A stretch of DNA of 64,000 nucleotides, from contig CAVPJT010000004.1 in NCBI GenBank assembly GCA_963705485.1, positions 16,200 through 80,199 of the forward strand, given 5' to 3'. The DNA is from Ilumatobacteraceae bacterium. GTDB taxonomy: Bacteria; Actinomycetota; Acidimicrobiia; Acidimicrobiales; Ilumatobacteraceae. This document shows positions 15,131-25,377 of the stretch, one piece after another. The translations under genes were made by a program, and so were the position numbers. The notes under the pieces are model-generated. The model saw only the letters and a program-made list of their open reading frames with translations, made no database searches and was not told where the DNA came from. Each line of letters begins with the position of its first letter. Within the stretch, counting starts at the first letter, position 1.

Positions 15131-16912
15131 ATGGCGACGCAGACCGGGGAGACCGGTGGACGTTGGCGTGCCCTCGGCGCGCTGCTGCGGCCCGACCGAT
15201 GGCGTTGGGCCGGTCTTGGCGCGCTCGTCGCACTGGCCTCGGCGCTCACGATCACGGGCCCGCTCGTGATCCGTCGCATCGTCGACACCGCCGCCGATGG
15301 TGCGACGACCAGTGAGATCACACAGCTCGCCGTGCTCTTCCTCGCGATCGCGGTCGTCAGTCAGTTCCTCGCCGTCGTGGTGTCATGGCTCGCCACGGTG
15401 CTTGCCTGGCGCACCACCAACGAACTTCGCGTCACGATGACCCGACACGTGCTCGGCCTCGATCACGAGTTCCATCGCACCCACACTCCCGGCGAGCTGA
15501 TCCAACGGGTCGACGGCGACATCACCTCGGTGTCGGAGTTCCTCGGCCAGGTCGTCACCAAGGCCGCCGGCGCAGCGATGCTGGTCAGCGGGATGATCCT
15601 GGTGTTGTCGGTGCTCGACTGGCGCCTCGGCCTCGGCATGGCGGTGTACGTCGCAGTGGCGCTGGTCGTCGTGTTGCGCGGGCGCCACCGTGCGGTGTCG
15701 GAGTCGTCCGACGAGATGGGAGCGCTCGGCCGGCTCTACGGCGGCATCGAGGAACGCCTGACCGCCGGCGAGGACCTGCGCGCCAACGGTGCCGCCGATC
15801 ACGTCGCCTGGCGCTTCGTCGAAGACAGTGGAGGTGCACTCGTCAGCGCAGTGCGTCGCGAGCGGGCGTTTCTCGTGATGTGGTGGTTCGTGCAGGGCGC
15901 CGTTGCAGCCGGTTGGGTGTTGGCCCTCGTGCTGGGTGCCGTGCTCGTCGGAGCGAACACGATCTCGCTGGGTACGGCCTTCCTGCTGTTCCAGTACGTG
16001 CTGCTGATCGCCCGACCACTCGAAGAGGTGGTTCACGAACTCGAGACCGTGCAGAAGGCCAACGGTGCAATGGTGCGCGTCGCCGAGCTCCTCGCGATCC
16101 AGCCGACGATCGTCGACACCGGCACCCGCCATCCGCCGTCGGGTCCGCTGACCATCGAGGCGAGCGACGTCGCGTTCGACTACGGCGACGATCGGCCCGT
16201 GTTGCGCGATGTCGACATACGAATCGAGGCAGGCCGTTCGGTCGGGATCGTCGGACGCACCGGCAGCGGCAAGACCACGTTCTCGCGGCTCGTGCTGCGA
16301 CTCGTCGAACCCACCGGCGGCCTCGTGTCGCTCGGCGGGGTCGCGATCGGTGAGATCCCGCTCGACGAACTCCGACGCCGCGTCGCGCTCGTCCCGCAGG
16401 AGGTCGAACTGTTCGCCGGTTCGCTGCGCGACAACATCACCCTCTTCGACGACGAGCCCACCGACGATGCCGTGATCGACGCGCTGCAACGCGTCGGCCT
16501 CGCTGAGCTTGCAGCGGGGGGAATCGACCGCTCGCTCGGCGCTGCCGGCGCTGGGCTGTCCGCGGGGGAGGCGCAACTCCTCGCGCTCGCCCGGGTGTGG
16601 CTGCGCGACCCCGATCTGCTCGTGCTCGACGAGGCGACCGCTCGTGTCGACCCCGAGACCGAGCGGCGTCTGGAGGCCGCCGTCGTCGAGCTCATGCGTG
16701 GTCGAACGACGCTGATCATCGCCCACCGACTCAGCACGTTGCGCTCGGTCGACGAGATCGTGGTGTTCGACCACGGCCGCATCATCGAACACGGCGATCG
16801 GGTCGATCTCGTTGGCGACGATGCCAGCCGCTTCGCCCGCCTGCTCACGATGTCGCTCGAAAGCGAACAGGCTCAGGGTGACGATGTCGAGGTCTCCGAG
16901 GTGTCGTCATGA
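15131..16912 (+). CDS. ABC exporter, fused permease-ATPase (half transporter 1)
   Basis: An intact 593-aa ORF with six N-terminal hydrophobic helices, then GIVGRTGSGKTT (Walker A), LSAGEAQLLALAR (signature) and LLVLDEAT (Walker B). Confidence 0.85.
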   Translation: MATQTGETGGRWRALGALLRPDRWRWAGLGALVALASALTITGPLVIRRIVDTAADGATTSEITQLAVLFLAIAVVSQFLAVVVSWLATVLAWRTTNELRVTMTRHVLGLDHEFHRTHTPGELIQRVDGDITSVSEFLGQVVTKAAGAAMLVSGMILVLSVLDWRLGLGMAVYVAVALVVVLRGRHRAVSESSDEMGALGRLYGGIEERLTAGEDLRANGAADHVAWRFVEDSGGALVSAVRRERAFLVMWWFVQGAVAAGWVLALVLGAVLVGANTISLGTAFLLFQYVLLIARPLEEVVHELETVQKANGAMVRVAELLAIQPTIVDTGTRHPPSGPLTIEASDVAFDYGDDRPVLRDVDIRIEAGRSVGIVGRTGSGKTTFSRLVLRLVEPTGGLVSLGGVAIGEIPLDELRRRVALVPQEVELFAGSLRDNITLFDDEPTDDAVIDALQRVGLAELAAGGIDRSLGAAGAGLSAGEAQLLALARVWLRDPDLLVLDEATARVDPETERRLEAAVVELMRGRTTLIIAHRLSTLRSVDEIVVFDHGRIIEHGDRVDLVGDDASRFARLLTMSLESEQAQGDDVEVSEVSS

Positions 16913-18680
16913 CCGCAGTGATCCACCCGGAGGCGACACCCGGTGACGGACACACCGAGGTGTCCGTCGATCAGGGGTCGACGCCCGTTGCCGGAGTGTG
17001 GGGCCTGGCGTGGCGCGTCGCGGAACACCGTCCGAAGGAGTTCTGGCTCGGCTGGTTCCTCTTTGTCGTGTTCTTCACGATGCCGGCGATCACCGGCTAC
17101 CTGCTCGCACGCGGGTACGCGCGTGCTCGAACGGGGCGACTCCACCGAGACGATCTGGTGGTCGGTGGCGATCGTGGCCAGCGAGACGATCCGCATGGTC
17201 TCCATCCACCACGGAGCGTTGATCTGGACGCGGGTCTGGCTCCACATGCAGACGCTGCTTCGTGCCAACATGCTGAGCGCCCAGATGGCGAGCGGCGGCA
17301 TCCACGCAGGGCAGCCCGTCGGTTCGGCGGGCTCCGCGGTGACGCACTTCCGTGATGACACCGAAGACGTGGCCAACCTGGTCGACGGCATCGTCGACAT
17401 CTCGGGCGGCCTGGTGTTCACAGTCATCGCGGGGTTCGTGCTCGGGGCCGCCGACGCCAACGCCGCACTGGTGCTGGTCTTCCCGTTGGTGGCCGTCGCA
17501 CTGGTGACGTGCGTGCTCGACACCCGCATCAAGGAGTATCGGGCCGCCGATCGTGCGGCGACCGAGCAGGTCACCGGCCTGCTCGGCGACATCATGGCGG
17601 CAGCCACCACCGTGAAGGTCAACGCCGCAGCTGCACCGATGCTGGCTCGTCTGCGGGTGCTCGTTGATCGTCGCCGCCACACGGCCGTGCGCGACCGTGT
17701 GCTGGATGAAGGTGTCATGGCGTTCAGCCAGGGGGCGGCCGACATCGGCCTGGGTCTCGTGTTGCTGGTCAGCGCCGGCGCGATCGCGTCGGGCGCGTTC
17801 GATCTCGCAACGCTGGCGCTGTTCACCGCGTATCTCGGCTGGCTCAGCTTCCTGCCTCGGATGGTGGGCCGGGTGCTCGCCCGCCGCAAGCAAGCTGGCG
17901 TCGCGTTCGCGGGATGAGTGCGCTCGTCGCCGACGCCGACGCCCGCAACACCGTTCGTTCGTGCACGCTGCCGATCGACCCGAGCGACCAACGTGTTCGG
18001 CCCGACGTCATTCGGCCCGACCGTGTCCCCCTCGAGCGTCTCGACGTCGACGGACTCACGGTGTCGTATGGCCAGCGCCCGGTGCTGCACGAGGTGTCGT
18101 TCACGGTTCGGCGCGGCGAGTTCGTGGTGATCTCGGGTCCGGTGGGTGCCGGCAAGAGCAGCCTGCTGCGGGCCCTGCTTGGGCTGGCGTGGCAGGCCGA
18201 CGTGAGCGGCTCCATTCGGTGGAACGGCGCCGAGATCGGCGACCGTTCGGCGTTCCTCGTGCCGCCGAACGCAGCCTTCCTGTCGCAGGTGCCGCAGCTG
18301 ATCTCCGACAGCATCGCCGACAACGTCAGCCTCGGGCCCGCTGACGTCGAGGCGCTCGATCGCGCGTTCCGGCTGGCTGCGATTGCCGACGACATCGCCG
18401 CACTGCCCGACGGTGCAGCAACCCTGATCGGCCCGCGCGGGCTGCGACTGTCGGGTGGGCAACGCCAACGACTGGCCACCGCCCGTGCGCTCGTGCATTC
18501 GCCGGAACTCGTCGTGCTCGACGACCTGTCGAGCGCGCTCGACGTCGAGACCGAGGTCCAGCTGTGGAGCGAATCTTGCCGATGCCGGCATGACGGTGAT
18601 CGCCGTGTCGCATCGCGCCGTGGCGTTCGACCGCTGCCGATCAGGTGCTGCGTCTCGATGCCGGTCGTCTCATTCGCTGA
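16909..18680 (+). pseudogene. ABC exporter, fused permease-ATPase (half transporter 2), ~4 frame switches
   Basis: The transmembrane part spans two frames. The ATPase part has ISGPVGAGKSSLL, LSGGQRQRLATARAL and LVVLDDLSSALD. The tail reads NLADAGMTVIAVSHRAVAFDR / ADQVLRLDAGRLIR*. The start overlaps the upstream stop (ATGA). Confidence 0.8.
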
Positions 18681-18702
18681 ACGGCTGACGGTCCCACGCG
18701 GA

Positions 18703-19323
18703 TCAGGTCGTGCGCTGGCGCCGCCGGTGGTCGGCGGTGTGGGTGCGGCTGGCGCAGCGAGGGTCGGAACAGAACCGCCGGGAGCCGTTGCGGGTCACAT
18801 CGTAGAAGAGGTGCTCGCAGTCGCTGGCGGCGCAGGTCCCGAATCGTGTGGTGCCGTGGTCGCACACCTCCTGCGAGAGCGCCATCAGGAAGTCGGCGAC
18901 TGCCTGATCGTCGAACGTCGCTGATGCGGGGGTCCAGTGGATGTGAAGATCGGCGCCGTCGTGGTCGGTGAGCGACGGCGTGATGTGGATCCCCGAGAGT
19001 TGCGCGTTGATCCATGTGACGGTCGGTTCCGAGTCCGCTTCGGGGAGCCCGAGCAGGGTCTCGACCATCGATCCAACGCGCTCGGCGACCCGATCGATCG
19101 CCGCCGCGGACGCACCGGCGGCACGGCTGAAGCGGTGGTCATGGAGCAAGGTGCGAACCTCGACGTCCTCACCATCGGTCGCGGCGGCGTCGGCCAACGT
19201 GTTGACGAGGTCGACCAGCGCCTCGATCGTGAGGCGGACCTCGGTGTCGTGCCCCGATGTGACGTACACGATGCGAGCGTATCCCCTCTCGGGGATGTAA
19301 GGTACTAAAGTCTTTGTAGCCAC
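18703..19323 (-). CDS. CGNR zinc-finger (ABATE + zf-CGNR) protein
   Basis: C-terminal [32 protein letters not shown]. The start codon (GTG at 19323) is uncertain. Confidence 0.8.
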   Translation of the reverse strand: MATKTLVPYIPERGYARIVYVTSGHDTEVRLTIEALVDLVNTLADAAATDGEDVEVRTLLHDHRFSRAAGASAAAIDRVAERVGSMVETLLGLPEADSEPTVTWINAQLSGIHITPSLTDHDGADLHIHWTPASATFDDQAVADFLMALSQEVCDHGTTRFGTCAASDCEHLFYDVTRNGSRRFCSDPRCASRTHTADHRRRQRTT

Positions 19324-19347
19324 TTACACCGAAATGCTCTCCGACTC

Positions 19348-20056
19348 ATGAACTTCGCTCTCAACCTCCTCGTCGTCGTCGCTACGGTCCTCGGATCGTG
19401 GATGGCGTTCCCGCAAGCGCGCCGGATCGCCCGGACGCGACGCGTCGACGGCGTCTCGGCCACGTGGATCGGCGTGAGCCTTGCAATCAACGCATGGTGG
19501 CTGACGTACGGACTGATCGTCGGCGTCTGGGCGCTGGTGCCCGTGTCGATCGTGTCGCTGCTGCTGTACGGCGTGATGGCATGGTTCTTCGTGGGCTCGG
19601 TCGGGCGGCCGGCGTCTGCCAGGTCTGACACTCGGGATGTTCGGCCTCGGGATGGTGCCGCTGCCGTTCCTCCTCGTCGGTGGCTGGAATCTCGCCGGCG
19701 TTGCGATCGGCTTGTCGTACGGCGTGCAGCTGCTGCCGGCGGTCGTCGCCTCGCTCCGTACCCGGGTGTTGTCGGGTGTGTCGTCGACGACGTGGATCAT
19801 CGCGCTGTCAGAAGCCGCGGGCTGGCTGGTGTACGGACTCGGAGTCGGCGACATCGCGCTCACGCTCGCGGGCGCGGTCGGTGCGGTGATGGCTTCGGTG
19901 ATCCTGGCCCGACTCGCCGATCACCGGACATCGCCCGTTCGTCGTGCTCGACCCGCGTCGACGGATCGAACTGTCCACCGCAACCTGACCTGGACCGGCG
20001 CGGTACCGCTGGTCGGCGCGAGGTGGACAATCGCACAACCGTCACTAGCCTCGTGA
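19348..20056 (+). pseudogene. two-repeat PQ-loop (SWEET-like 3+1+3 TM) membrane protein, 1 frame switch at ~19615
   Basis: Repeat 1 is [39 protein letters not shown]. Repeat 2 is [41 protein letters not shown]. The two frames join as ..[26 protein letters not shown].. if one base is removed. Confidence 0.6.
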
Positions 20057-20077
20057 TCGTAAACGTGAGTCAACGGT

Positions 20078-20100
20078 GGCTCCGATTTCAACAAGGAGCC
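20078..20100 (+). promoter_or_regulatory. 5'-UTR hairpin occluding the cspA Shine-Dalgarno
   Basis: GGCTCC (20078-20083) pairs with GGAGCC (20095-20100). The latter is part of the AAGGAGCC RBS, 4 nt before the ATG. Confidence 0.3.
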
Positions 20101-20103
20101 GAA

Positions 20104-20304
20104 ATGGCCACAGGTACAGTGAAGTTCTTCAACGACGAGAAGGGCTTCGGTTTCATCTCTCGCGACGACGGCGACGACGTCTTCGTGCACTATTCGAACA
20201 TCGTCGGCACCGGCCGTCGTTCGCTGAACGACGGCGACACCGTCGAGTTCGAGATCGCTGCGGGCCGTAAGGGTCCGGAAGCGGTCGACGTCAAAGTCGT
20301 CTGA
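20104..20304 (+). CDS. cspA: cold-shock protein (CspA family)
   Basis: [33 protein letters not shown] contains the RNP1 and RNP2 motifs. 66 aa. Confidence 0.95.
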   Translation: MATGTVKFFNDEKGFGFISRDDGDDVFVHYSNIVGTGRRSLNDGDTVEFEIAAGRKGPEAVDVKVV

Positions 20305-20317
20305 GGAGGCGTTCCGA

Positions 20318-20620
20318 TTGGCTCGAAGTCCACAGTCCTACCAGAAGCGTCAACGAGAGCTCCGCAAGAAGGAGCGCAAGGCCGAGAAGCTCGCCGTTCG
20401 ACACGGCAAGTCCTCGGACTCCGATGACGAGGTCGATGACGGCCCCGACGAGGATGCGCTGCTCGAGGAGTTCCGCCTGTTGAACGAGAAGTTCGCAGCT
20501 GGAGACGTCGACGAGGACGACTTCGAGTTCCGCAAGGCGGAGATCTTCGCCGAGCTCGGCCTCGGGGAAGCCCCCGAACCGCGTGAAGAATCTGCTGAAG
20601 CGGTCGAATCCTCCGACTGA
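20318..20620 (+). CDS. small charged hypothetical protein with a SHOCT-like C-terminus
   Basis: TTG start 8 nt after GAGGAGG. Basic N-terminus (KRQRELRKKERKAEK) and acidic tail. LEEFRLLNEKFAAGDVDEDDFEFRKAEIFAELGL resembles SHOCT. Confidence 0.55.
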   Translation: MARSPQSYQKRQRELRKKERKAEKLAVRHGKSSDSDDEVDDGPDEDALLEEFRLLNEKFAAGDVDEDDFEFRKAEIFAELGLGEAPEPREESAEAVESSD

Positions 20621-20636
20621 CCCTCAACAATCTGCA

Positions 20637-20675
20637 GAACGACCCCCGGCTCGCCCGGGGGTCGTTCTCGTTTTC
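20637..20675. terminator. rho-independent terminator between convergent genes
   Basis: GAACGACCCCCGG / CCGGGGGTCGTTC is a 13-bp perfect stem with a 5-nt loop, followed by TCGTTTTCC. Confidence 0.7.
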
Positions 20676-20689
20676 CGATGAGGTCGTGG

Positions 20690-21322
20690 TCAGTTGCGCT
20701 GGGCCGTGAGCCAGAATCCGGTGCCGGCACGTGCGGTGCGACCGGACCAGTCACCCGGTAGGGCAGCGAGGACGTCGGTTGCCGGGAGGTGGATCGGCGT
20801 CTGGTCGCCGAGGGTGTTGACCCACACCACGCTGCCGCCGGGTCGCAGGACCCGGTCGACCTCGTGGGGGAACAGCAGCATGTTGATCATCAGCACGGCG
20901 TCGAACGACCGATCCGGGAACGGCAGCATCGACGCATCGGCCCGGACTCTCGGCGCGAGTTCGCCTGGTGCATGAGCCAGCATCTGCGTCGAGAGGTCCG
21001 TCGCCACCAGCGAGCCCACGATGTCGGCGAGCAGGAGGGTTCCGGCGCCGGTGCCGGAGCCCAACTCCAGCCACGTGCCGTCGATCGGGACAGCGCCACG
21101 TTCGAGCACGTCGCGGACCGGAGCGGCCTTGGTGTCGTCGACGTGGCGGGCCGACCACTCCGCTGCCAGCGAGTCGAAGACGTCTGCAACCCGGTCGGCA
21201 TCGTCCTGGGTCCACGGCTCGCCGAGTGCGACCGACCGGGTGAGCTTGCGCATCGGATGGTCCGGCCCGGCGAACGGCTCAGGTTCCCGGGTGGATGGAT
21301 GGTCCGCCAATGGCTCGATCAT
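20690..21322 (-). CDS. class I SAM-dependent methyltransferase
   Basis: WLELGSGTGAGTLLLA (motif I), ADASMLPFPDRSFDAVLM and LRPGGSVVWVN. Confidence 0.85.
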   Translation of the reverse strand: MIEPLADHPSTREPEPFAGPDHPMRKLTRSVALGEPWTQDDADRVADVFDSLAAEWSARHVDDTKAAPVRDVLERGAVPIDGTWLELGSGTGAGTLLLADIVGSLVATDLSTQMLAHAPGELAPRVRADASMLPFPDRSFDAVLMINMLLFPHEVDRVLRPGGSVVWVNTLGDQTPIHLPATDVLAALPGDWSGRTARAGTGFWLTAQRN

Positions 21323-21367
21323 CCGAGCAGTGTTACATCTGGGTCTGACCTCCGATGCAACGGCCGG

Positions 21368-21836
21368 TCAGCCGACGCTGGATTCGGCGGCGGCGGCGAG
21401 GTTCGCAAGCGTGTGTTCGATGCCCGCTCTCGTGTGCGGTTTCCGATCCTTCACTCCGGAGATGAAACCCGAGATCGGCAACCCCCATCGCCAGCGGTGC
21501 GTCGGTCCACGACTCGGTGACTCGGCAGCCCGTGTCCGTCGGCTCGATGTCGTAGGACCACTCGGCGCTCGGCGCGCCCATCGACGACGTGCGGAACGAC
21601 AGTCGCCGGCCGGGTTCGACATCGACCAGTGTCACGAGCATCTTCCATGTCTTGGAGCCGTTGCGATTGGTCCCCCGGAACGTCACGCCCGGAGCAGGAC
21701 CGGTCGCGCCGTTCAGCCACTCACCGCCCTCGTTCTCCGGCGACCACTCACCCATGCGAGGCAGGTCGGCGATCATCGCCCAGACCTCCTCGGCGGGTGC
21801 GGCGACCTCGCGCGTGACCGACACGTCAGCTTCCAT
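21368..21836 (-). pseudogene. SRPBCC (polyketide cyclase/START-like) family protein, 1 frame switch (~21500)
   Basis: MEADVSVTREVAAPAEEVWAMIADLPRMGEWSPEN..CRVTESWTD / HRWRWGLPISGFISGVKDRKPHTRAGIEHTLANLAAAAES*. Confidence 0.75.
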
Positions 21837-21906
21837 GCCACAACAGTAGTAGCGATGACCCGCCCACGGGTTGCATTCATCACTTCATGGTTATAGAGTG
21901 CTGCGC

Positions 21907-22236
21907 ATGCCCAAGGCACTCCCTGCTGAACTGCTCGAACACGTCGCCGAACGTTTCCGCGTTCTGGGCGACGCCACGCGCCTCGGGATCATCCGCACCC
22001 TGCTCGACGACGGCGAACAGAACGTCGGTCAGCTGGTCGACCGGCTCGGCACCAGCCAGGCCAACGTCTCCAAGCATCTGCGCGTCCTCCATGATGCGAG
22101 GATCGTGACGCGACGCACCGAGGGCACCGCCGCCTTCTACTCGGTCACCGATCCCAGCCTGATGCCGGTCTGCGCCATCGTCTGTGACCGCCTGCGCGAG
22201 CAGGTCGCCGACGACGCTCGCATGTTCGCCGTCTGA
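21907..22236 (+). CDS. ArsR/SmtB family transcriptional regulator
   Basis: FRVLGDATRLGIIRTLLDDGEQNVGQLVDRLGTSQANVSKHLRVLHDARIV. Confidence 0.85.
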   Translation: MPKALPAELLEHVAERFRVLGDATRLGIIRTLLDDGEQNVGQLVDRLGTSQANVSKHLRVLHDARIVTRRTEGTAAFYSVTDPSLMPVCAIVCDRLREQVADDARMFAV

Positions 22237-22291
22237 CCCCGGCCTCTTCGCCTCTTCTCCCACCAACCCCGTACCCAGAAAGCAGCCTGAC

Positions 22292-24478
22292 ATGAGTACC
22301 GACCTCGAACCACCACCTTTGTCCGATTCATCACTACATGAGCATAAACCATTGGTTCACCACGACGACATGGAGACCGACGTCGTGCACCCACCGCTGG
22401 CCCGGATGGGTCGCTGGGCGCACGGACACCGCAAAGTGGTGATCCTCACCTGGGCGGTCCTCGCGATCGGCCTGGGCGTGTTCGCACCGCGACTCGAGCA
22501 TGCGCTCTCCGGCGCCATGTGGGAGGTCAACGGCAGCGAGTCGCTCGCCGCGCGTGACGTCATCGACGAGCAGTTCGGCGGCTTGTCATCGCAGTCGGCG
22601 GTCGTCGTGATCCAGAGTCAGTCGACACCGATCGACGATCCCGCGTTCCAGCAGGCGATCGCCGACGTCAACGCGTTGATCGGCACCGAGGAGGGCTTCG
22701 GCCAGCCGATGCCGCCGCAGCCGGGCATGGACGGCCAGACCGTCATGATCCAGGCCGGCGCCAACGTCGACCCCACCGAAGCCGTTCGCGCCGCCGAACG
22801 TCTCGGCGACGACATCGGTGATCTGTCCCGTGAGATCGCGGGCGACGAGATCTCCGTTGCGTTGACGGGTTCCCCCGCATTCTGGGACGACTTCAACGCG
22901 GTCAACCGCGAGGGCATGTTGAAAGCAGAGATCCTCACGTGGCCGGTCACCGCCATCATCTTGGTGATGGCGTTCGGCACGCTCGCTGCTGCCGGTCTTC
23001 CCCTCTTGCTCACCGCTGCCGGGCTGCTGGCTTCGATGGGCGTGCTGTTCGGGATCACCCAGATCACCGACCTGTCGATCTGGACGCTGAACTTCGCCAT
23101 GATGTTCGCGCTCGCGCTCGGCATCGACTACGCCCTGTTCATCGTCACCCGCTACCGGGCGGCGCTGCACGCTCACCCCGAAGACCCGCAACACGCCGCC
23201 GGCATCGCGATGGACACCGCCGGCAAGGCCGTGCTCTTCTCGGGCATCACCGTGTTGGTCAGCCTCTCGGCAGTTCTCCTCGTGCCGATCCCGGCGTTCC
23301 GTTCGATGGCTGCCGGCATGATGTTGTCGGTCGGCTTCGTCCTGCTCGCCGCGCTCACCCTGCTCCCCGCACTGCTCGGCCCCGGCATCGACAAGTTCGC
23401 CCTCCCGTGGTACCGCAAGGGTGATCACCACAGCGAGTTCTTCGCGAAGCTCGCCGACCGGATCCAGGCCCACAAGGTGATCGTTGCCGGCGGCGCAGTC
23501 GTCGTGCTGCTCGCACTGGCGCTGCCGTTGCTCGGTCTGAAGACCGGGATGCCCGGCATCACCGTCCTCCCCGAGGACGAGCAGGCACGTCAGGGCTACG
23601 ACATGATCGCCGACGGCTTCGGCCCCGGCGGTCCAGGTCCCATCCAGGTGATCGTCCCCGCCGACGGCGATGCACAAGCCGTCGCCGACCAGGTGATGGC
23701 CACCGAGGGCATCGTCATGGCCTTCCCGCCCTCTCCGGGCATGGAGGGTGCGAGCATCATCCAGGCCGTCGGTGCCTACGACCCGTCGTCCGACGAGGCG
23801 CTGGCTCTGATCCCGACACTGCGGACCGAGTTGCCCGATGGTGTGCTCGTCGGCGGCCCGGTCGCCGAGAACTTCGACCTCGACCAGACGCTCTCGCAGA
23901 AGGCGCCGCTCGTGATGGGCGTCGTCCTGGTGCTGGGCTTCATCCTGCTGATGATCGCCCTGCAAGCGGTGATCGTCGCCTTCGTCGGCGTGATCTTCAA
24001 CCTGTTGTCGGTCGCCGCAGCGTTCGGCGTCGGTGCCCTGGTGTTCCAGAACGGCATCGGAGCGGGGTTGCTGAGCTTCGAGAGTCAGGGCTATCTCACC
24101 TCGTGGGCGCCGCTGTTCTTCTTCGCCCTCGTGTTCGCCATCTCGATGGACTACACGGTGTTCCTCCTGGCCTCGACCCGTGAGCACTTCGAACGCTCCG
24201 GCGATGCTGCCGAGGCGGTGCGGGGATCGCTCAGCCACGTCGGTCGACCGATCGTGGCAGCCGCCGGCGTCATGATCGCGGTGTTCTACACCTTCGCCAT
24301 CGCCGGCACGTTGCCGATGAAGGAGATGGGTCTCATCCTCGGTACCGCCGTGCTGCTCGATGCCTTCCTGATCCGGCTGGTGCTCGTGCCCGCCACGCTG
24401 TACATCATCGGCAACAAGGCGTGGTGGCTGCCGCGCTGGATGGAACGCATCCTCCCGAACGTGAAGTTCGCCCACTGA
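22292..24478 (+). CDS. MMPL family (RND superfamily) transporter
   Basis: An intact ~728-aa ORF with two 6-TM bundles, each following a soluble loop. FAMMFALALGIDYALFIVTRYR and FALVFAISMDYTVFLLASTREH are MMPL signatures. The start could also be the internal MET... codon. Confidence 0.85.
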   Translation: MSTDLEPPPLSDSSLHEHKPLVHHDDMETDVVHPPLARMGRWAHGHRKVVILTWAVLAIGLGVFAPRLEHALSGAMWEVNGSESLAARDVIDEQFGGLSSQSAVVVIQSQSTPIDDPAFQQAIADVNALIGTEEGFGQPMPPQPGMDGQTVMIQAGANVDPTEAVRAAERLGDDIGDLSREIAGDEISVALTGSPAFWDDFNAVNREGMLKAEILTWPVTAIILVMAFGTLAAAGLPLLLTAAGLLASMGVLFGITQITDLSIWTLNFAMMFALALGIDYALFIVTRYRAALHAHPEDPQHAAGIAMDTAGKAVLFSGITVLVSLSAVLLVPIPAFRSMAAGMMLSVGFVLLAALTLLPALLGPGIDKFALPWYRKGDHHSEFFAKLADRIQAHKVIVAGGAVVVLLALALPLLGLKTGMPGITVLPEDEQARQGYDMIADGFGPGGPGPIQVIVPADGDAQAVADQVMATEGIVMAFPPSPGMEGASIIQAVGAYDPSSDEALALIPTLRTELPDGVLVGGPVAENFDLDQTLSQKAPLVMGVVLVLGFILLMIALQAVIVAFVGVIFNLLSVAAAFGVGALVFQNGIGAGLLSFESQGYLTSWAPLFFFALVFAISMDYTVFLLASTREHFERSGDAAEAVRGSLSHVGRPIVAAAGVMIAVFYTFAIAGTLPMKEMGLILGTAVLLDAFLIRLVLVPATLYIIGNKAWWLPRWMERILPNVKFAH

Positions 24479-24560
24479 TCCGAGATCGTAGGTCCCCGAG
24501 ACCGGTCGAGCTGGAGCCCCACCGGTTCCCGCGGTTCTGGACTCGGGGATCCTGCGACCG

Positions 24561-25370
24561 TCAGCGGGCAGGGCGGCGAAGGTGACCGCGGCGGCTTGGC
24601 CCACGTTGAGCGAATCGACGTCGGCGCTGATCGGGATCCGCACCAGGCGGTCTGGCGACGGCGAGCGCGCCGCGTGTCAGCCCCGGCCCTTCGGCGCCGA
24701 GGAGCACGGCCACCCGATCGGGGATCTCGACCGCCCAGAGATCCTCGGCGGTCGACGACGGTGTCATCGCCCACACCTCGAAACCTGCGGTTCGACACGT
24801 TGTACAACACCGCCGGCCACCGTCCGGCGCCGCTCGGGCGATCGGCATCGTCAGTACCTCACCCATGCTCACCCGAACGGTGCGACGGCTGTAGGGGTCG
24901 GTGCACGTCGGATCGATCAGCGAGGCCGTCGATCTGGAACGCCTTGGCGGCCCGGGCGATCGCCCCGAGGTTCTCGTTGTCGTTCAGGCCCTCGAGCACG
25001 GCGATCCGTCGAGCACCGTCGAGCAACTCGTCGAGACCGTGCAGCGAGCGCCGCGCTCGGCGCAAGCGATCACCCCGCGATGCAGATCGAACCCGACCAC
25101 CTCGGCGATCACGCTGCGCTCGGCGACGTACACCGGCACGCCGGCAGCAACGAGTGCATTCGCGTGGTGGGCGAACCGATCGACCCGAGATGGAGCCAGC
25201 AGCACGGATCGGATCGATGTGACCGCGACTCGATCAGCCGGTCGATCGCAACGAAACCCTCGACGATGAACAGCTCGTCGCCCTCGTAGCGGCGGCGGAA
25301 CGGCTTGGTCGTTGAGCGACCGGTAGTCGTCGAGTCGACGATCGGCCGGATCGGAAACGGCAATCGTCAC
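24561..25370 (-). pseudogene. TrmH/SpoU family RNA methyltransferase, at least 5 frame switches
   Basis: Fragments lie across three frames. They read IAVSDPADRRLDDYRSLND / KPFRRRYEGDELFIVEGFVAIDRLIES / VLLAPSRVDRFAHHANALVAAGVPVYVAERSVIAEVVGFDLHRGVIA / LDGARRIAVLEGLNDNENLGAIARAAKAF / VSMGEVLTMPIA..VAVLLGAEGPGLT / RIPISADVDSLNVGQAAAVTFAAL. The 3' end is uncertain. Confidence 0.7.
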
Positions 25371-25377
25371 ACGGGTC

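Noticed and set aside
17914-17917. ATGA junction inside ABC exporter 2 read as two separate genes (a TMD-only protein and an NBD-only protein)
   Set aside because: This reading is possible. However, the sequence across the junction (..RRKQAGVAFA-MSALVADAD..) looks like the normal TMD-NBD linker of fused exporters. The paired gene upstream is fused, and the same gene has other unambiguous frame breaks. I therefore treat it as one disrupted gene, with moderate confidence.
15383-18591. Long minus-strand ORFs (469 aa and 572 aa), plus 12478-13851 (457 aa) and 9874-11100 (408 aa)
   Set aside because: All are antisense to genes with strong family signatures (ABC exporters, nucleoside hydrolase, thiolase/DUF4097). 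They have low-complexity Arg/Asp-rich translations.
22586-24643. 685-aa minus-strand ORF
   Set aside because: It is antisense to the MMPL transporter gene. Its composition is dominated by Arg/Asp/His/Gly with no motifs, which is typical of a shadow ORF in GC-rich DNA. Only its first ~25 codons (RIPISADVDSLNVGQAAAVTFAAL) are real, as the tail of the broken TrmH gene.
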